Assembly: GCF_030684315.1 (NCBI RefSeq) | Contig: NC_081397.1 | Location: 9,362,001 to 9,426,000, forward strand | Source of the DNA: Stegostoma tigrinum | Lineage: Eukaryota | DNA: 64,000 nucleotides | Direction of reading: 5' to 3' | Shown: piece by piece, positions 37,975-51,799 of the stretch | How the letters are laid out: each line of letters opens with the position of its first letter | Numbering within the stretch: the first letter of the stretch is position 1 | Made by a program: the position numbers and the translations under genes | The notes under the pieces: generated by a model | What the model was told of the DNA's origin: nothing | Databases searched by the model: none | Seen by the model: the letters and a program-made list of their open reading frames with translations, nothing else

Positions 37975-39410
37975 ACACTCATGGGATGTGGGCTAGGCCA
38001 GGACTTGTTGTCCTTTTCTCATTGTTCCTTGGGAAAGTGGTGGTGAGCTGCCTTCTTGAACTGCTGCAATCTGTGTGCTCTATGAAGACTCAAAATGCTT
38101 TTAAGGAAGAGAACTCCAGGACTTTTAACCAGTGACACTGAAGTAACGGCGATATATTTCCAAGTAAGACGATGAGTGACTTGGAGGGGAAACTTACAGA
38201 TGTGATGTTACCATGTGCCTGCTATCCTTGAGCTTTCAAATGCAAGTGGTTGTGGGATTATAAAGTGCTGTATAAAGGAGCCTTTGAATTTCCTCAGTGC
38301 ATCTCACAGATAGTCCACCGTGCTTCTATTGAGGATAGGTGGTAGAGGGAGTGGATGTTTGTGAATGCGGTGCCGGTCAAGCAAACTGCTTTGTCCTTGA
38401 GGGTATCAAGCTTCTTGAACGTTCTTGGAGCTGCGCACATCCAGGCATGTGAGGAATATTCCTTCACACACCTGACTTGATAAACACTGGAAAGACTTTG
38501 GAGAATCAGGATGTGAACGACACACTGCGAACATTCATAGCCTGCTCTCACAGCCACAGTTTCTGGTCAATAATCTCCACAGTATTTTGATTGTGTGGGT
38601 TCAGTGGTAGTAATGCCATTAAATGTTAGATGGTCCCTTATTTGAGACCACTATGTCTGGCGTTTGTGTGGGACAAATGTTACTTGCCACTTTTCCGCCC
38701 GAGCCTGAAAATTGCCCAGGCCTTGTTGCGTTTGGACACGGACTGCTTCATTGTCTGGGGAGTTATGAATGATGCTGAACATTGTGCAAACATGACCAAA
38801 CGCCTCCACTTCTGACATTAAAGTAGAGGGGAGGTCATTGATGAAACAGCTGAAGATGGTTGGGCCGAGGACATTGCCCTGAGGAACTCGCTTCCCAGGT
38901 TGACCCCTCTTTAGGTATGCCTGGTGCTGCTCCTGACATGCCCTCCTGCATTCTCCATTGAACTAGGATTAATGCCCTGGCCTGATGGTAACGGTTAAGT
39001 GGTGAATATGCTGGGCTATAAAGTTGCAGATTGTGCTGGAGTACAATTCTGCTGGACATGGCCTCCAGCACCCCAGGGAAGTCCAGCCTTGAGTTGCTAG
39101 ATCTGTTTGAAGTCTGTCCCATTTTGCACAACGACAGTGCCATGCAACAAAATGGAGGTTATTCTCAATGTGGAGGTGGGGTTTTATCTCCACAAGGACT
39201 GTGCAGTGGTCACTTTTACTGATACATTTGTTTGTGACAGTATCTACAGCCTGCAGATCAGTGAGGATGAAGTCAAGTAAGTTTTTTTTTCCTCTTGCTG
39301 GTTCTTCCCTTATTACTTGGGCAGACACATTGTAGCAGCTGTGCCCTTTCGGAGCCGACCAGCTTGATCAGTAATGCGGCTGCCAAGCCACTCTTGGTGA
39401 TTAAAATGAA
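37975..39410 (-). mobile_element. Degenerate APE-type LINE (CR1/L2 group) whose 3' end resembles the SINE tails
   Basis: EPARGKKNLLDFILTD...SKSDHCTV (APE C-terminus) and EYSSHAWMCAAPRTFKKLDTLKDKAV. Confidence 0.75.
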
Positions 39411-39639
39411 CCTCCTTACCCAGAGGAGTGAGATTTCCTCCTACAGGATGCTCATCTGATGGTGTTTTTCACACCTTAGATAAAAAACTGGGAGAAGAGT
39501 GGTATTGAAGAATCCAACAAGCATTTATTCCAACTCCTTCTCCAACACAATCACTACATCCCACAGGCACATGGGCGAGTGGGAATATTAAGCTACTAGT
39601 TTAACATGCCCAGCTATCTCTTAAACTCTCTGCATTGAG

Positions 39640-40140
39640 TATTCTCAGGACAGGTATGGCACGGGATCAGATACAGAATGGAGACTTCTCTACTCTTTTA
39701 ATATAAAAGCAAATGGAAAATAGACCTCTTTCTACATGGCCCGTCAAACACTCACAGGACAAATCTAGCATGGGGTTAGACAAAGTTTTCTCTGCTTCTA
39801 TGAACTGAAAGTCAAGCTACCCCTACTCTTTTAAACTGAAAGTAAGGCTCCCTGGACAGTATCCCCACCAACAACCCCTCGCCCCCGGACAGGGAGAGAA
39901 TAAAATTAGATATACCGTAAAGCTTTCTCCATTCTTTTAAACTGAAAATAAAGCTGCCTTTGCTCTTTCCAGCTGAAATCTGTCTCCACACTGTCCCCAT
40001 GAAACACCCCAAGATCAGGGACAGTGCAGTGTTAGATCCAAAGTAAAGTTCTTCTCTTAAAGTGAAAGCAAAGAACCCCCTACTGTTTCAATCTGAAAGC
40101 TGTCCCAATCAACCACACCCTGGTCAGGTACGCGACAGGT
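39640..40140. repeat. Highly degenerate short-unit repeat (CAGGACAGG...GGGTTAGATACAG...TAAAG-like)
   Basis: About five diverged occurrences of the GGACAG/TTAGA/AAAG core near 39646, 39755, 39885, 40015 and 40120. Confidence 0.45.
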
Positions 40141-40719
40141 CAAGCCAGAGCCTTACAGCTGATGTTAAATCACTGGTTAGTGAAGTTCTCAAGTTGATGT
40201 AACTGGTGCAGGGAGGTCAGAATCTCATTTTGTTGGTGATTGTGAGACAGGGAGCAGGAATATGTTCCTGGGGCTGTTCTCCTCTGCCTACTGCTCAGAG
40301 CTGGAATGTGAGTATTGTATGGGAAATCAAATGTGACACAAAGGGTAGAAAGAGAAACGTCAAGTCACGATGGAGAGGCTAAAAAGTGGTCGAGACTGAA
40401 CTGGAGTGAGTGAGGGAGGGTGACAGTGAAGGGAGGTCGAGAGAAAGAAAGAGATTGATCTGAGGTAGGGCATTGAGTACTGAGGGAGTGCCGCACTGTC
40501 AGTGTTTCAGTACTGAGGGGTGGATACTTTGAGATGAGCAGAGTCCCTTCACCACTGATGCACCAAGTCAGGGCTATGTGCCATTGAAATTCATCAAGGC
40601 TCCGATTCACAGCACCTTCCAAAGCCACAGCCACTTCCATGTAGAAGACCGGGGCAGCAGATAAATAGGAACACTCCTACATTGTAATTTCCCATCAGTA
40701 TTAGGCTGGAGCCCTGTTG

Positions 40720-42100
40720 CACCTGGACCATGTCTAACATCTCCCTCACCTTCCTGGACACCTCTGCCTCTATCTCAGACAACCACCTAGAAACCGATAC
40801 CAATTTCAAGCCCACTGACTCCCACAGCTACCTAGAATACACCTCCTCCCACCCACCTTCCTACAAAAATACCATCCCCTATCCGCAATTCCTACACCTC
40901 TGCTGTATCTGCTCCCAGGATGAGGCATTCCACTCCCGTACATCTCAGATGTCCTCGTTTTTCAAGGACCACAACTTCCCCACCGCAACCCCCACCCCCT
41001 GCAGTGGTCGAGAATGCCCTCAACCGTGTCTCCGCATTTCCCGCAACTCACCCCGTCCCCGCAATAACCACCAAAAGAGAGTGCCCCTCATCCTCACGTA
41101 CCAACCCACCAACCTCCGGATCCAACGCATCACCCTCTGACACTTACGCCATCTGCAATCCCAACCCACCATCAAAGCCATTTTTCCATCCCCACCCTTG
41201 TCTGCTTTCCGGAGGCACCACTCCCTCCGTGACTCCCTTGTCCGCTCCACACTATCTCTAACCCCACCACACCCAGCACTTTTCCCTGCAACTGCAGGAA
41301 ATGCTACACTTGCCCCCACACCTCCTCCCACACCCCCATCCCAGGCCCCAAGATGACTTTCCATATCAAGCAGATGTTCACCTGCACATCTGCCAATGTG
41401 GTATACTGCTTCCGCTGTACCCACTGTGGCTTCCTGTACGTTGAAGTAACCGACCGCTTTGCAGAACACCTACACTCAGTTCACAATAAACAACTGCACC
41501 TCCCAGTCGTGAACCATTTCAACTCCCCTCCCATTCCACAGATGTCATGTCCATCTTCGGCCTCCTTCAGGGCCACAACGACGCTGCCCGATGGTTGCAG
41601 GAACAGCAACTCGTATTCCACTTGGGAACCCTGCAGCCCAATGTTATCAACATGGATTTCACAAGCTTCAAAGCCTCCCATCCCCCTATTGCATCACAAA
41701 ACCAGCCCAGCTCGTCCCCACTTCCCTAACCTGTTCTTACTTTCACCTGTCCCCTCCTCCCACCTCAAGCCGCACCCCCATTTCCTTCCTACTAACCTCA
41801 GCCCGACCCCTTGACCCGTCCCCTCCCTACCTCCTCACCTACTCTCACCTCTACTGGCTCCATCCCCGCCCCTTTAACTTGTCTGTCTCCTCTCCACCCA
41901 TCTTCTCCTCGATCCATCTTCAATCCACCTCCCACCTCTCCCTATTTATTTCACAACCCTCTTCCCCTCCCTTATTTCTGATGAAGTGTCTAGGCCAGAA
42001 ACATCAGATTTGGTGCTCCAAAGATGCTGCTTGGCCTGCTGTATTCATCCAGCTCTACACTTTGTTATTTCAGATTCTCCAGCATCTGGAGTTGCTGTAA
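40720..42100 (+). mobile_element. Neptune-type Penelope-like element (RT thumb, GIY-YIG, terminal repeat)
   Basis: SLTFLD...FKPTDSHSYLEYTSSHP, FTCTSANVVYCFRC, EQQLVFHLGTLQP. Decayed hammerhead at 41978. Confidence 0.92.
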
Positions 42101-42199
42101 TCTGGCAAGTCCACATTCGACATGTGGGAATTGTTGAAATGCCATCTGAACAGAGTTCAGAATTAGCATGTTCCAGTGAGGAGGAAGGACAAGGAAAGA

Positions 42200-44110
42200 T
42201 GAGGATGGCAAGCTGTGGGATCCTTGCATGGCAGGAGAGGTTTGTGAGTCGAAAAGGAAAAGGAAGTATATGTAAGATTTAGTAAGTTGGAATCACACAG
42301 GGCCTGTGAGGAATATGAGGTTAGCAGGAAAGAACTGAAGCAGTAAATTTGGAGAGCAATGCGGGGCCATGAAATGCCCTTTGCAAATAGAGTTAAGGAG
42401 AATCCAAAGGCATTTTATACATACATTAAAATAGGATCACTCAAGGGAAAAGGAGGGAACTTGTGTTTGGAGGCAGCAGATATGGGCAGGATCCTAAATG
42501 AGTACTTTGTGTCAGTATTCCCCACAGAGAAGGACTTGGATAATAGTGTGGTTCGTGTAGGGCATGCTAATATGCTGGGGCATTTTGAGGTCAAGAATGA
42601 AGTGGTTCTAGATCTCTTGAAGAGTATAAAGGTGGAGAAGTCTCCAAAGCCCATTGCGATCTACCACAGGTTATTGAGAGAAGCACAAGAGGAGATTGAT
42701 GGGGCCTTGACCAAGATTATTTTATCCTCTGTAGCCAATGGAGAGGTCCCTGCCGACTGGCGAGTAGATAATGTCGTCCATCTGTTCAAGAAGGGGAACA
42801 GGGATAATCCAGGAAATTTTAGACTGATGAATCTCACAACAATAGTTGGGAAACTATTGGAGAGAATTCTTAGGGATAGGATTTATGCCCTTTTGGAAAA
42901 GCATAACCTAATTAGGGACAGTCAGAATGGTATTGTGTGGGGCAGGTCATGTCTTCCTAACTTAATTGACAAGGCGATGAGGGTGCGTTTGAAGACAGAG
43001 CAGTGAATTTCAGTTTGGCTTTCGATAAGCCCCTCATGTTTGGCCCATCGAGAAGAATAAGATGCATGGGATCAACGGTGACTTCCATTTGGATCCAGAA
43101 TTGGCTTGCCCATCGCCGACAGAGGATTGTGGTGGATCAGTGTTTCTCAGGGATTCATGTTGGGATCTCTGCTGTTTCTAATTTTTAAAAATGACTTTGA
43201 TGAAAACTAGATATGTGGGTTAGTGCTTTTACAGGCAGCAGAAAGGTCAGAGGAGTTGTGGACAGTGTGGGGTAAACTGGGAGATGAACCAGTTGCAGAT
43301 TTGTTGCATTTTGGGAGATCATTTCTTCAAGGAAAATGTACAGTTAATGGCAAGTCCCTTAATTGCATTGATTTCCAGAGGTAGCTTGGGGTCCCAGCCC
43401 ATAGCTTCCTGAAAGTGGGCCCATGTGTGGATAGGGTGTGCTCGACTTTATTGGTCAGGCATCGAGTGCAAGTGTCAGGAAGTGATGTTGTAGCATCCTT
43501 ATAAGGCTTCGGTTAGGCCGCACTTCAGAGTATTTTCTTCAGTTCTGGCCATTACACGGCAGGAAGGATGCAGAAATTTTGCAGAGGGTGCAGAAGGTGC
43601 TGTCTGGATTAGAGGGTAGAAGAAGAGGCTGGACAGAATAGGTTCAGAGATAGTAGGAACTGCAGATGCTGGAGAATCTGAGATAACAGGTGTAGAGCTG
43701 GATGAACACAGCAGGCCAAGCAGCATCGGAGGAGCAGGAAGCCTGATGTTTCGGGCCTAGACCCTTACTCTGAAGAAGACAGCCTTCCTGCTCCTCGGAT
43801 GTTGCTTGGCCTGCTGTGTTCATCCAGCTCTACACCTTGTTATCTCAATGGGCCGAATAGGGTTGTTTCCTCTGGAGCGGCAGAGGCTGATGGCAGACCT
43901 CACAGAGCTTTATAAAATGATGAGAGGCATAGATACAGTAGGTTGACAGTCAGAAGGGTATTTAAGGGGCTTTTAGATAAACACACAAATATGCAAGGGA
44001 TATAGACTATGTACAGGCAGAAGGGATTAGTTCAATTTGGCATCAAGTTTGGCACAGCATTGTGGGCCAAAGAGCCTGTTCCTTTGCTGTGCTGTTCTCT
44101 GTTGTATCGA
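42200..44110 (+). mobile_element. Degenerate CR1 ORF2
   Basis: NRVKENPKAFY, ILNEYFVSVF, DNPGNFR, GRSCLPNL, and a CR1 tail. Confidence 0.9.
43645..43846. mobile_element. Inverted Penelope-terminal mini-element nested in CR1
   Basis: Reverse tail up to TTTCGGGCCTAGACCCTT, then the forward arm to TTGTTATCTC. Degenerate flanking GAATAGG(G)TT. Confidence 0.82.
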
Positions 44111-45784
44111 AGCAAGTATGTCCAGTAAGAATATCGGGCAGGTTTGTGCTTCTGTAAGTGGCAGCTTCAATGTATTTTTATTCAACTCTTGGTGCAGAAA
44201 AAAGCAGCATTAGCAGCTTATTTAATTCTTGGAATGTAACCTGAAGAAATGAGCCATGTGAAGATAAATTGATAAATGAATGGATGGACGAATAGAGCGA
44301 TGACAAATAGTGTGAATCATTGAAAGGTGTCAGATGCAGGACGTTAGTTTTGAAGATCTCAGAAAATCACTGATTCACCACAACGGCAAACGGTGCTCTG
44401 CGCAATGATTGAGTACAGCTCCTCTGTTTGACCTCAACCAAAGGCAGGAAGTAAAACCAAACTCTTATCAGATTGACCTGTGCTGTTAGTTCTGTTATTC
44501 CTTTCCGTACTTCCCCAGGTTTCTGTTCTTGTGTGTAAATGTGCTTCTGGGACACCTCGACTGCTTTGAGTAGGGAAGGGAAATATTCTGGCGGAGGGGG
44601 AATGGTGTATCCAAAATGGGCCACATAACCTTGCGGGTTAGTCAGGCTGCTGTGTACAATAAGGTGAATTGTGATGTGTTTGGGGATTGGAATAGTATGT
44701 TCCTGGGCCACTTGAACTTCCACCTGTGGTTTAAAACAAAAGCTGCTGTCGCTAACCGGATATTATGTTGTGGAACTCTTGCCCACTTACCTCCTCCCCA
44801 CTCACTATCCAAGGGCTCAGTCACATCTGCCGGGTGAAGCAGTGATCTCGCTGCACTACACCTCAACTGTCTTCAGTGCTCACAGCCGGGTCTCCTTCAC
44901 ACCGGGGAGATGAAACAGACTGGGTGTCTGCGTTGAGGAATGCTGATATTTTGTCTGTAAAAATGATCCTGAGCTTCCAGTCTTGTGTCCCTTTAACATC
45001 GCACTACGTTCCACTCCAACCCACATTTTCACCTTGGGGTCTTGCTGCGGTGCTCCAGCAAAGCTCAGAGCAAGCTGGAGAATGGCATCTCATCTCCCTC
45101 TTGGGGACCCAGCAGCCTTCAGGACTCAACATCGATGGGTTATACACATTATCCCCACTATGACCGCACTGAGTTTGGATAGAATGCTTCTGTAGAGAGC
45201 CAACCAGGGCACTTATTCAATACAGCCTTACAATTTTCATTGGCAAAAACACATTTCACGAAATTGTTTCTCATGTACAATGCATACCATACAAATTTAA
45301 ATTGGATCCTCAAGATTAGTCTTGAAACCCCATGTTCTTTCATTCCCATGAACTGGGCTTTGACGATAAATACAGAAACAACAAGTGAAATGAGCGCATA
45401 ATTTGGAAAAGTGCAGCAAACCAAAGAGGGACAGAATTCTGAATGCAGGAATACATTTCAGTGATAATCATTTTCCTATAGACATGTGAGACAATGATGG
45501 CACCACTGGCTTTAATAACACATGAACAAATTTTGGAAAGAGGCCATCATTTGTTGTTGAACACCAAAATAAGGAGCCACTACTCATGGTGTACTTGGGC
45601 TAGCCACACCCCGTGGTGGCCAGTTCAGCAGGCCCATACTGCATTATAAAGCGCTCAGGCAATGAGTTCTCAATGGACAAGCCATTGCCTGTTGCTAAAC
45701 AACCCACTCGCAGTGATCTCCATGAGATTAGTAACTTTGCATGAGCCTTAGAAGGGTTATCACAATGACCTAATGTCCTTATTG

Positions 45785-46000
45785 CTGGGTTATTAACCCA
45801 CAAACTATCTCTTATTCTAGGGACCTCAGTTCAAATCCTGCCCATGGCCAATGGTGGAATTTGAAGTCAATAGAAAAAATCAAGAATTAAATGTCTCATG
45901 ATGCTGTTATTGATTACTGGAGAAGAGAAGAAACAAATCAGCTGTTTCAGTGTCACCTTATCAGCTACGATACCTGTCCCTACCTTGTCAGGCCTATATA
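45785..46000 (+). mobile_element. SINE head fragment (family of 5332-5681)
   Basis: GTTCAAATCC...ATGGTGGAATTTGAA matches the reverse complement of 5570-5610. Confidence 0.6.
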
Positions 46001-46934
46001 TTCCTCAGGGCATGCAATTCTCATGGAATTTCTAGTCAAACTGTTCAGAGGTTACACACCTCTGGAGCAGTGGGGCTTGAACCCAGGCCTTCTGGTTCTG
46101 AGGTAGAAAACTTATCACTGTGTCACAAGGAGCCCCTTTATGTTTGACTCTGAACTGCGCATTTAGGGATGGGCAGGAAATTGTGGCCTCGCCAGTGATG
46201 CCCATAATCCTGTCTCAGCCTTCAATATACACAAGGACTCTGCCCCCACAGCTCTCTGTCGCAAGCAGTTCCAAAGACGCTCAACCCTCTGAGAGAAGGA
46301 ATTCTTCCTCCTCTCAGTCTGTAATTAGCATCCCTTTATCCTGAGATTGTGCTCTTGCCAGAGCAACACCCTGACCGGTTAGTGTTGTGTGAAACTGCAA
46401 CAATATCTGCTGTTTGAAGTTAATCAGCATTAATGGCTGCATTCTCAATTGCAACACCTCTGCAAGCCATAATCCATTTGCTAAACAATCATGATTCTCA
46501 TCCCATCCAGGATCAATATTGTTCATCTTCAGAATTGCCCTCAAGAATTCATGAGAAATGTCTTTGAGGGTGCATGAAATTTATCCTGAAACACTGAGAG
46601 ACATTTTTGCAAATGGAAATTGGTGTTATTAACACCCGGATTACTTTGACAAAGAAAAATTATAGGATCACAGAAGGTAGGAGTAGGAGTAGACCACTAA
46701 ACCCCTAAAGTCTGCCCTGCCCATTCAATAGGTTTTGGAGCTGATCCTTTATCAGGTAAATGCTCCTTTGCCACTTCACTTGACAAAACAGCAGCACGCT
46801 GAAAGCTTATGATTACAAATAAACCTGTTTGGCTATAAACTGGTGTTGTGTGACTTCTGACTGTACAATTGCAGCAAGATATCCTGGCTCCTGTTCTCTA
46901 ATGCTCTCACTATGATGGCCAATATACCGTTTGC

Positions 46935-47325
46935 TTTCTGAAGAAGGGTCTAGGCCCGAAACATCAGCCTTCCTGCTCCTAAGATGTTGCTTGGCCTGCT
47001 GTGTTCATCCAGCTCTACACCTTGGTATCTCAGAATCTTCAGCATCTGCAGTTCCTCCTATCTCTAGAACAATTTTACTCCACTGCGAAGCCTCTTCTAA
47101 GGATGCCTATCTTGAAGAAGTCACCCTCCTCCCTCCAGAAAAACCTCAGTGGATCTCTCTCCCACGGCAACTCTCTCGTAATCTCTTTGGCCTTGAAACT
47201 GCTTGACCACATCCTGAAGCAAACCAGGCACTACATTTTCTGAAGAAGGGCCTAGGGCCGAAATTTCAGCCTTCCTGTTCCTCTGATGTTGCTTGGCCTG
47301 CTGTGTTCATCCAGCTCTACACTGT
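46935..47325 (+). mobile_element. Tandem Penelope terminal repeats with two hammerhead cores flanking a putative ORF N-terminus
   Basis: Cores at 46938-46965 and 47240-47267. Between them lie the tail and ATG CCT ATC TTG AAG (MPILKKSPSSLQKNLSGSLSH...). Confidence 0.8.
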
Positions 47326-48714
47326 GGTATCTACAGTTTCAGTAACTTGTGTACAAGAGACACGCAAGTCTGGTTTGACATTCCCCTCTATCAGTTCACA
47401 GCCATGCAGATAATAATCCCCTTTCCGATTTTTCTTGTTAAATGTCTTTCTGCTTTTGCTGTCAAAAGCTACCCAGACCTTAAATATCATCTGCCAGTAA
47501 GTACTTGACATAGATTATTGATTGAATAAGGGAGAAAAAATGAAACTTGATACAAGATGCAGGACTGAGCAAATCACTCCCCATTTGAGTGCATTGACAT
47601 TCGCAAAACTGGCTGGGACCCAAAAGAACCTTTCCGTGCTGCATGGTACGATAGTGCTGTGTTTGTATGTGTGTGTATATCTGCTTTTGTGTATTTGTAT
47701 GTGTGTCTGTATCTGCGCCTATGCTCAGCTAATGTCTTTACCTCTCTGTTGTAAACACACGCTCAAAGCTTGGAGCCTGTGTTGGTGCATTTTAATCTTT
47801 TCTTTTCTCCCACGGCTGAAGGCAAGAGACAATCCCAACCAGGCCATCTCTTAATCATGGCTATTCCATGCATCAAGATTTTCCTAAATTTATACAATGA
47901 AGACGTGCAGCATAGAACTTACAGCTTTTCTCTTTATTTCTCTATTTTGGTACCTATTTTAGTACCTAAGATTCATATTTAGGCACTTTGTCCCTAAGAT
48001 GGGGCTGTGTGTGGTGACATTGTACACATTCCACAGTACTTCTGTACTTTATAAACCTAATTCTAATTGTGCCTCCAGTGAGAATTACCACTGTCAGGAG
48101 TGACACGTGTGGAATGTAGCATGGTGCCCTCACACTTGTGGGGAAAAATAAAATTCCAGACATGGTTCTGACTATCGCACACTGAGGACTGAGATGCTAA
48201 TTCGAAGAAACATTGATACCCGCCCACCTGAAATGCCAATATGGTTTTATTTCAGTGCACGTGTTCTCTTAGTTCCATTGAACCAGGCAATTGCGAAACT
48301 GCTTTCACGTGTCTTGATGGCAAAAGAAATCCATTTGCTGCAGTGTAAGTTCTTCAAATGATCATTTAAAAAATCAGAAAAGGGAAGTGTCAAAATAAAG
48401 AAGATTCTTGCAGAGTTTGTCAGTGTGGTTCCCACACTCTGTGCAGAGCGAGGCACTTGAAGAGGCTGTTAGTTTCAGGACTGTTTCTTGACAAGGAGTG
48501 TTATGTGTAAACATTAGCTGGATTCTCCCGTTCCATCAAAGCAGTAAGTAACTCTTCAAATGGTTTATTATTTATCTGAATTCTGACATAAATTCACTGA
48601 TAGTAATGTCAGATGGTGTAACATTTCAGTACATTACTTGTTTTGTATTTCAATAGAGTTGCTGTATTCTGTTGTTATTCAATTAGTGCATTTTGATTCA
48701 GAAGGGTTAAGCTC

Positions 48715-48990
48715 CAATGCCACTAATAGTCTCCACTAACAGCTCATCCCCCTCCTCGCCAGATCATTATCCACACCTTTGTTTGTCCAACTATTCTCCT
48801 CTCTCCTGTGTTCTCTCCCCAACTATCATTTTCTCCTTACTCCCATCCTTCCTTCTGTGCAAAAAAATGAGATTTTCTGAGCTATCATCAGTTTTCTGGA
48901 TTGGTCACAGAATCTGAAACATTAACTCTGGTTTCACTTCACAGATGCTGCCAGACCTGCTGAGATTTTCCGTAATCTTCTGTTTATTAC
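48715..48990 (+). mobile_element. 3' end of another Penelope-like family; fragments also at ~20270-20370, 27160-27220, 51750-51790, 60540-60635
   Basis: C/T-rich UTR then GAAACATTAACTCTG...CACAGATGCTGCCAGACCTGCTGAG, whose reverse complement recurs at the listed sites. Confidence 0.6.
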
Positions 48991-49914
48991 TTTAGTTCTC
49001 CTCAGCCACTGATAACATCAAAGGTTTCTGTCTGTGTCTGTACTCAATATCTACTCCATATATGGTCGTTGTAACGACCTAACAGCATGATCTGTTTGTA
49101 TACCTTGACTGTAACTTTAAAAATGCCCTAACTTAATGTGAATTCAGCGCAGTTGTTGCATGTAGATTTGTGATGAAGATTCAGTCTATCCCTCTTCAAA
49201 CATTGTAAATGACAATGGGCTTTCAAAGATGAACTTCACTGTGACCAGGATAGTTTACATTGAGAATAGAGGAAAAAAAGACACATTTTTATTTTGTTGG
49301 TGATGTTTGACCCTTTGATTGCATATCTCTGGAAATTAAACTCAATGCAAGTCTCAGCTCTGTGACTGTGGGGGAAAAAATGCTCTCTGCTCTGATACTG
49401 GGAACAAACCTGCTGTTTGGTCAGAGGAACTGGTCACACCTGGTGTTATACCGAGGAAATATTACATTTTCTGGCTAATCAAATATGTGCCTGGAGAAAG
49501 ACAGAAGAGGTATCTCCCATAAACCAACATTGACCAGTTTTGAAAATATCAAACTGATCGATGCAATATTGAGTTAATATGAAAGATGATTCCTTGTTTT
49601 AAAGCCAACAGTTTGAACAGAGCAGGGTCTGGTTCCATAATTACGCTGAGCTCCTCCTAGTCCCATTCGTTTTATGAAATTCAAAAAAAAATCACTGAGG
49701 TACAAGTCCTAATCAAAACATTTACAGCCTCATGTTTGGAATGCTGACATAGTTCAATATCCATCTGCCATTTTACTACTGTTGAAGGGAAGGACAACGC
49801 GCACTTTTTAAAATGTTTTACTTGAGACTTTAAACCCAGTAACTGCGATATATCCCTTACAAGATAATCGTATTTGCATATAATGACATCCTCACATATC
49901 AGCCCACCAACTTT

Positions 49915-50210
49915 GGGGTGGCACGGTGGCTCAGTGGTTAGCACTGCAGCCTCACAGTGCCAGGGACCCAGGTTCAATTCCAGCCTCGGGCGACTGCCTG
50001 TGTGGAGTTTGCATGTTTTCCCCGTGTCTGCATGGGTTTCCTTTGGGTGATCCGGTTTCTACATGGATTGGCCATGCTAAATTGCCTGTAGTGTTCAGGG
50101 ATGTCTAGATTACATGGGTTATTGGGAGATGGGTCTGTGTGGGATGGGTCTGGGTCATTGTGGACTTATTGGGCTGAAGGGCCTGTTTCCACACTTTAGG
50201 GTTTCTATGA
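49915..50210 (+). mobile_element. tRNA-derived V-SINE (HE1-like)
   Basis: A box TGGCTCAGTGG 49927-49937, B box GGTTCAATTCC 49971-49981, TGTGTGGAGTTTGCATG central domain, CR1-like tail. Confidence 0.9.
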
Positions 50211-51756
50211 TTTTGAAAAAAAAGGTTCTCTGTTTGATGTTATCAGATCATTTGTCTCTTGCTCGAGGTGTGGAGAGATCAGTTAGCCAAGTTACATATT
50301 AGTATTCATATGTTTCATAATTAGAACTCCTGTTTCAAGCTAGCCTTCAGGATTCCACCAGCAATTTTTGGTTTTCTTTCTGATTTACAGCATCCTCAGT
50401 TCTTATGGTTTTTATTTTGTATCCAACATGGTCAGAGTTTACAAGAAATGAAAAAGTTGCTAATGCTGCTTGTCAGGGCCAGTGTGGAAGCTGTCATTTA
50501 TATGCACATATTTGTCAGATATCTTCACTGGGCATACTTTATCGATGAGGCTTGACTGAGCTGTTGCTGATCTTCAGTCCCTTCCTGAGACAAACCACAG
50601 CTGGGGTCTAATCTCTCACACTGTAATTTCATTGCCATTGCATATATTCAGAGAACAGGTCTTTGTGCTGACCAGTCAATAAATTGCACATTTCTAAGCA
50701 GAATTGCATAATTAGGGAAGGGAAGTACTTGAGAATATTTCTGGGAGGGTAAAGAAACAGGAAATGTTAATTTTGCAACAGAGAAACTTGAGAACTGGAA
50801 TGTGCCTTTCAGCCCCTGATACTGCCATCCTATTGAATATGATCATGCCTGATCAAGCATTTCATTGCATTTTACATGCTCCATCCTCATAACCCAGTTT
50901 ACGATAGGCAGTCAACAGAGATAGAGCAACTGTAGCTCCCTGTGGGGACAGAATTCTGAAGGATTACAATTCACTGAGCAAAATAAAACAAACCCTTATC
51001 TTGGACCACAGTTGAATTATTTTAAAATCTTACCTGGTTCCAGTCTACCCTCAACCGGCAAACATTAAAACTCTATCTACCATGTCCTCCACTTTAAGGA
51101 TTGTGTGGCAGTATTTTTAATAATAACATTGCTCACCCATTGAATCCCTGACTAATGCCAGCCCAGTTTGTCCACTCTCTCTTCATGGGATGTTGCCACC
51201 GTCCCAGGAGCAAGCCTGGTGAATCTTTGTGGCCCTCTCTGTCTGGAAATTACATCTTTCCTGAGATAAGGAGACAAACTGCACACAGTACTGCAGCTGC
51301 AACATAACCAAAGTCCAATACACTTGAAATAAGACAACGTCTAACATTCCATTAACTTTCCTATAAACATATTCAGCCATTAAGCAGGACATCAGAGACC
51401 AATGCAAGAAAGGTGCAATGGAACCATGAGTTCTATTTATATATCAGTTGGAAAAAGCAATGTGGTGCAGTATTTCCATGAGTATGTGCATTTTTGTTTT
51501 GTATTCATTTGTGAAATGTGGATTTTGTTGGCTCATGAGCATTTATTGCCCATCCTTAGCTGCCCTTGAGAAAGCGGTAGTGAACTGCGTTCATCAATCG
51601 TGTGTGTCTGTGTCTGAGAAAGAGACAGAGAGAAACAGTGAGATGGTTCTTCAAGGGATTGGTCTGAGAAAGCATCTCACTCTTCTTTTTCTCTCTCACA
51701 CACACACATTGACCTACACATTTCAAAAACACAGTTCACTACGACCTTCTCAAGTT

Positions 51757-51786
51757 AACATTTCGGGTCCGGTGACCCTTCCTCAG
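51757..51786 (-). ncRNA. Minimal hammerhead-ribozyme core (element remnant)
   Basis: Minus strand CTGAGGA-A-GGGTC-ACCG-GACCC-GAAA-TGTT, with a perfect 5-bp stem II. Stem I is incomplete in this copy. Confidence 0.55.
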
Positions 51787-51799
51787 AGCCTTTTTGGGC

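Noticed and set aside
45200-45780. Possible very old RTE-type LINE remnant (FL*TCET resembling FLYACETW)
   Set aside because: A single short motif is too degenerate to call without a profile search.
49915-49990. tRNA gene (also 30075-30147 and 5600-5681)
   Set aside because: The A/B boxes continue into SINE bodies and LINE-like tails, with no complete cloverleaf.
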